Source of the DNA: Escherichia coli
GTDB lineage: Bacteria > Pseudomonadota > Gammaproteobacteria > Enterobacterales > Enterobacteriaceae
Assembly (NCBI RefSeq): GCF_030013595.1
Contig: NZ_CP122768.1
DNA: 64,000 bases
Direction: 5' to 3' (one strand)
Shown: piece by piece, positions 63,937 through 64,000 of the stretch
How positions within the stretch are numbered: the first letter of the stretch is position 1
How the letters are laid out: every line of letters starts with the position of its first letter
The notes under the pieces: generated by a model
The model's database searches: none
The model's input: only the letters and a program-made list of their open reading frames with translations
Told to the model about the DNA's origin: nothing
Program-made: the position numbers and the translations under genes

Positions 63937-64000
63937 CCCTGCGAAATAGCCAATAATGGGAGAGCGGAGTCTCTCCCTTTTAATTTTTCCCTTCTAAAAG

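Overview
The window has two parts. About 24 kb on the right is E. coli chromosome, and about 40 kb on the left is a lambda-like prophage.

**Chromosome (40.2-64 kb).** This is the ybh-mod-gal region: ybhC, ybhJ-ybhI-ybhH, ybhD, pgl, ybhA, modCBA, acrZ, modE, modF, galETKM, gpmA, aroG and ybgS.

**Prophage (1-40192).** It sits at the classical lambda attachment site next to ybhC. The 15-bp att core at 40178-40192 forms an attL-type junction. attR and the distal tail-fibre genes lie beyond the left edge of the window. All identifications rest on my own reading and recall of the lambda, P22, phage 21 and E. coli K-12 proteins. No database search was possible.

**The prophage is a mosaic:**
- The head and tail genes (Nu1 to J, lom, stf), cos, Q/pR-prime/6S/tR-prime, ren-P-O-ori, oop, the red/gam/kil/cIII/ea/xis/int block and the C-terminal domain of cI are essentially lambda.
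- The cI N-terminal domain, cro, cII, the operators, N and the nut sites are of another immunity type.
- The lysis cassette is of the phage-21 pinholin plus SAR-endolysin type.
- The nin region carries a Dam-family methylase and Roi-like, DUF1364-like and RusA genes.

**Most interesting observations (all uncharacterised cargo in classical moron slots):**
1. A single AT-rich 285-aa NYN/PIN-like nuclease gene replaces rexAB directly downstream of cI. It is preceded by a promoter-like element and a long hairpin with a T7 tract.
2. An AT-rich 230-aa orphan gene sits antisense to the late operon in the bor position, between Rz and cos.
3. A roughly 670-bp insertion with two small convergent genes splits the holin from the endolysin.
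4. Two tRNA genes lie immediately after tR-prime.

**Other observations:**
- Tail gene I shows an apparent frameshift in an A4C5 tract.
- A 1432-bp IS3-family element (IS1397-like) is inserted in the loop of a REP palindrome between ybhC and ybhJ.
- No CRISPR array or rRNA gene was seen.
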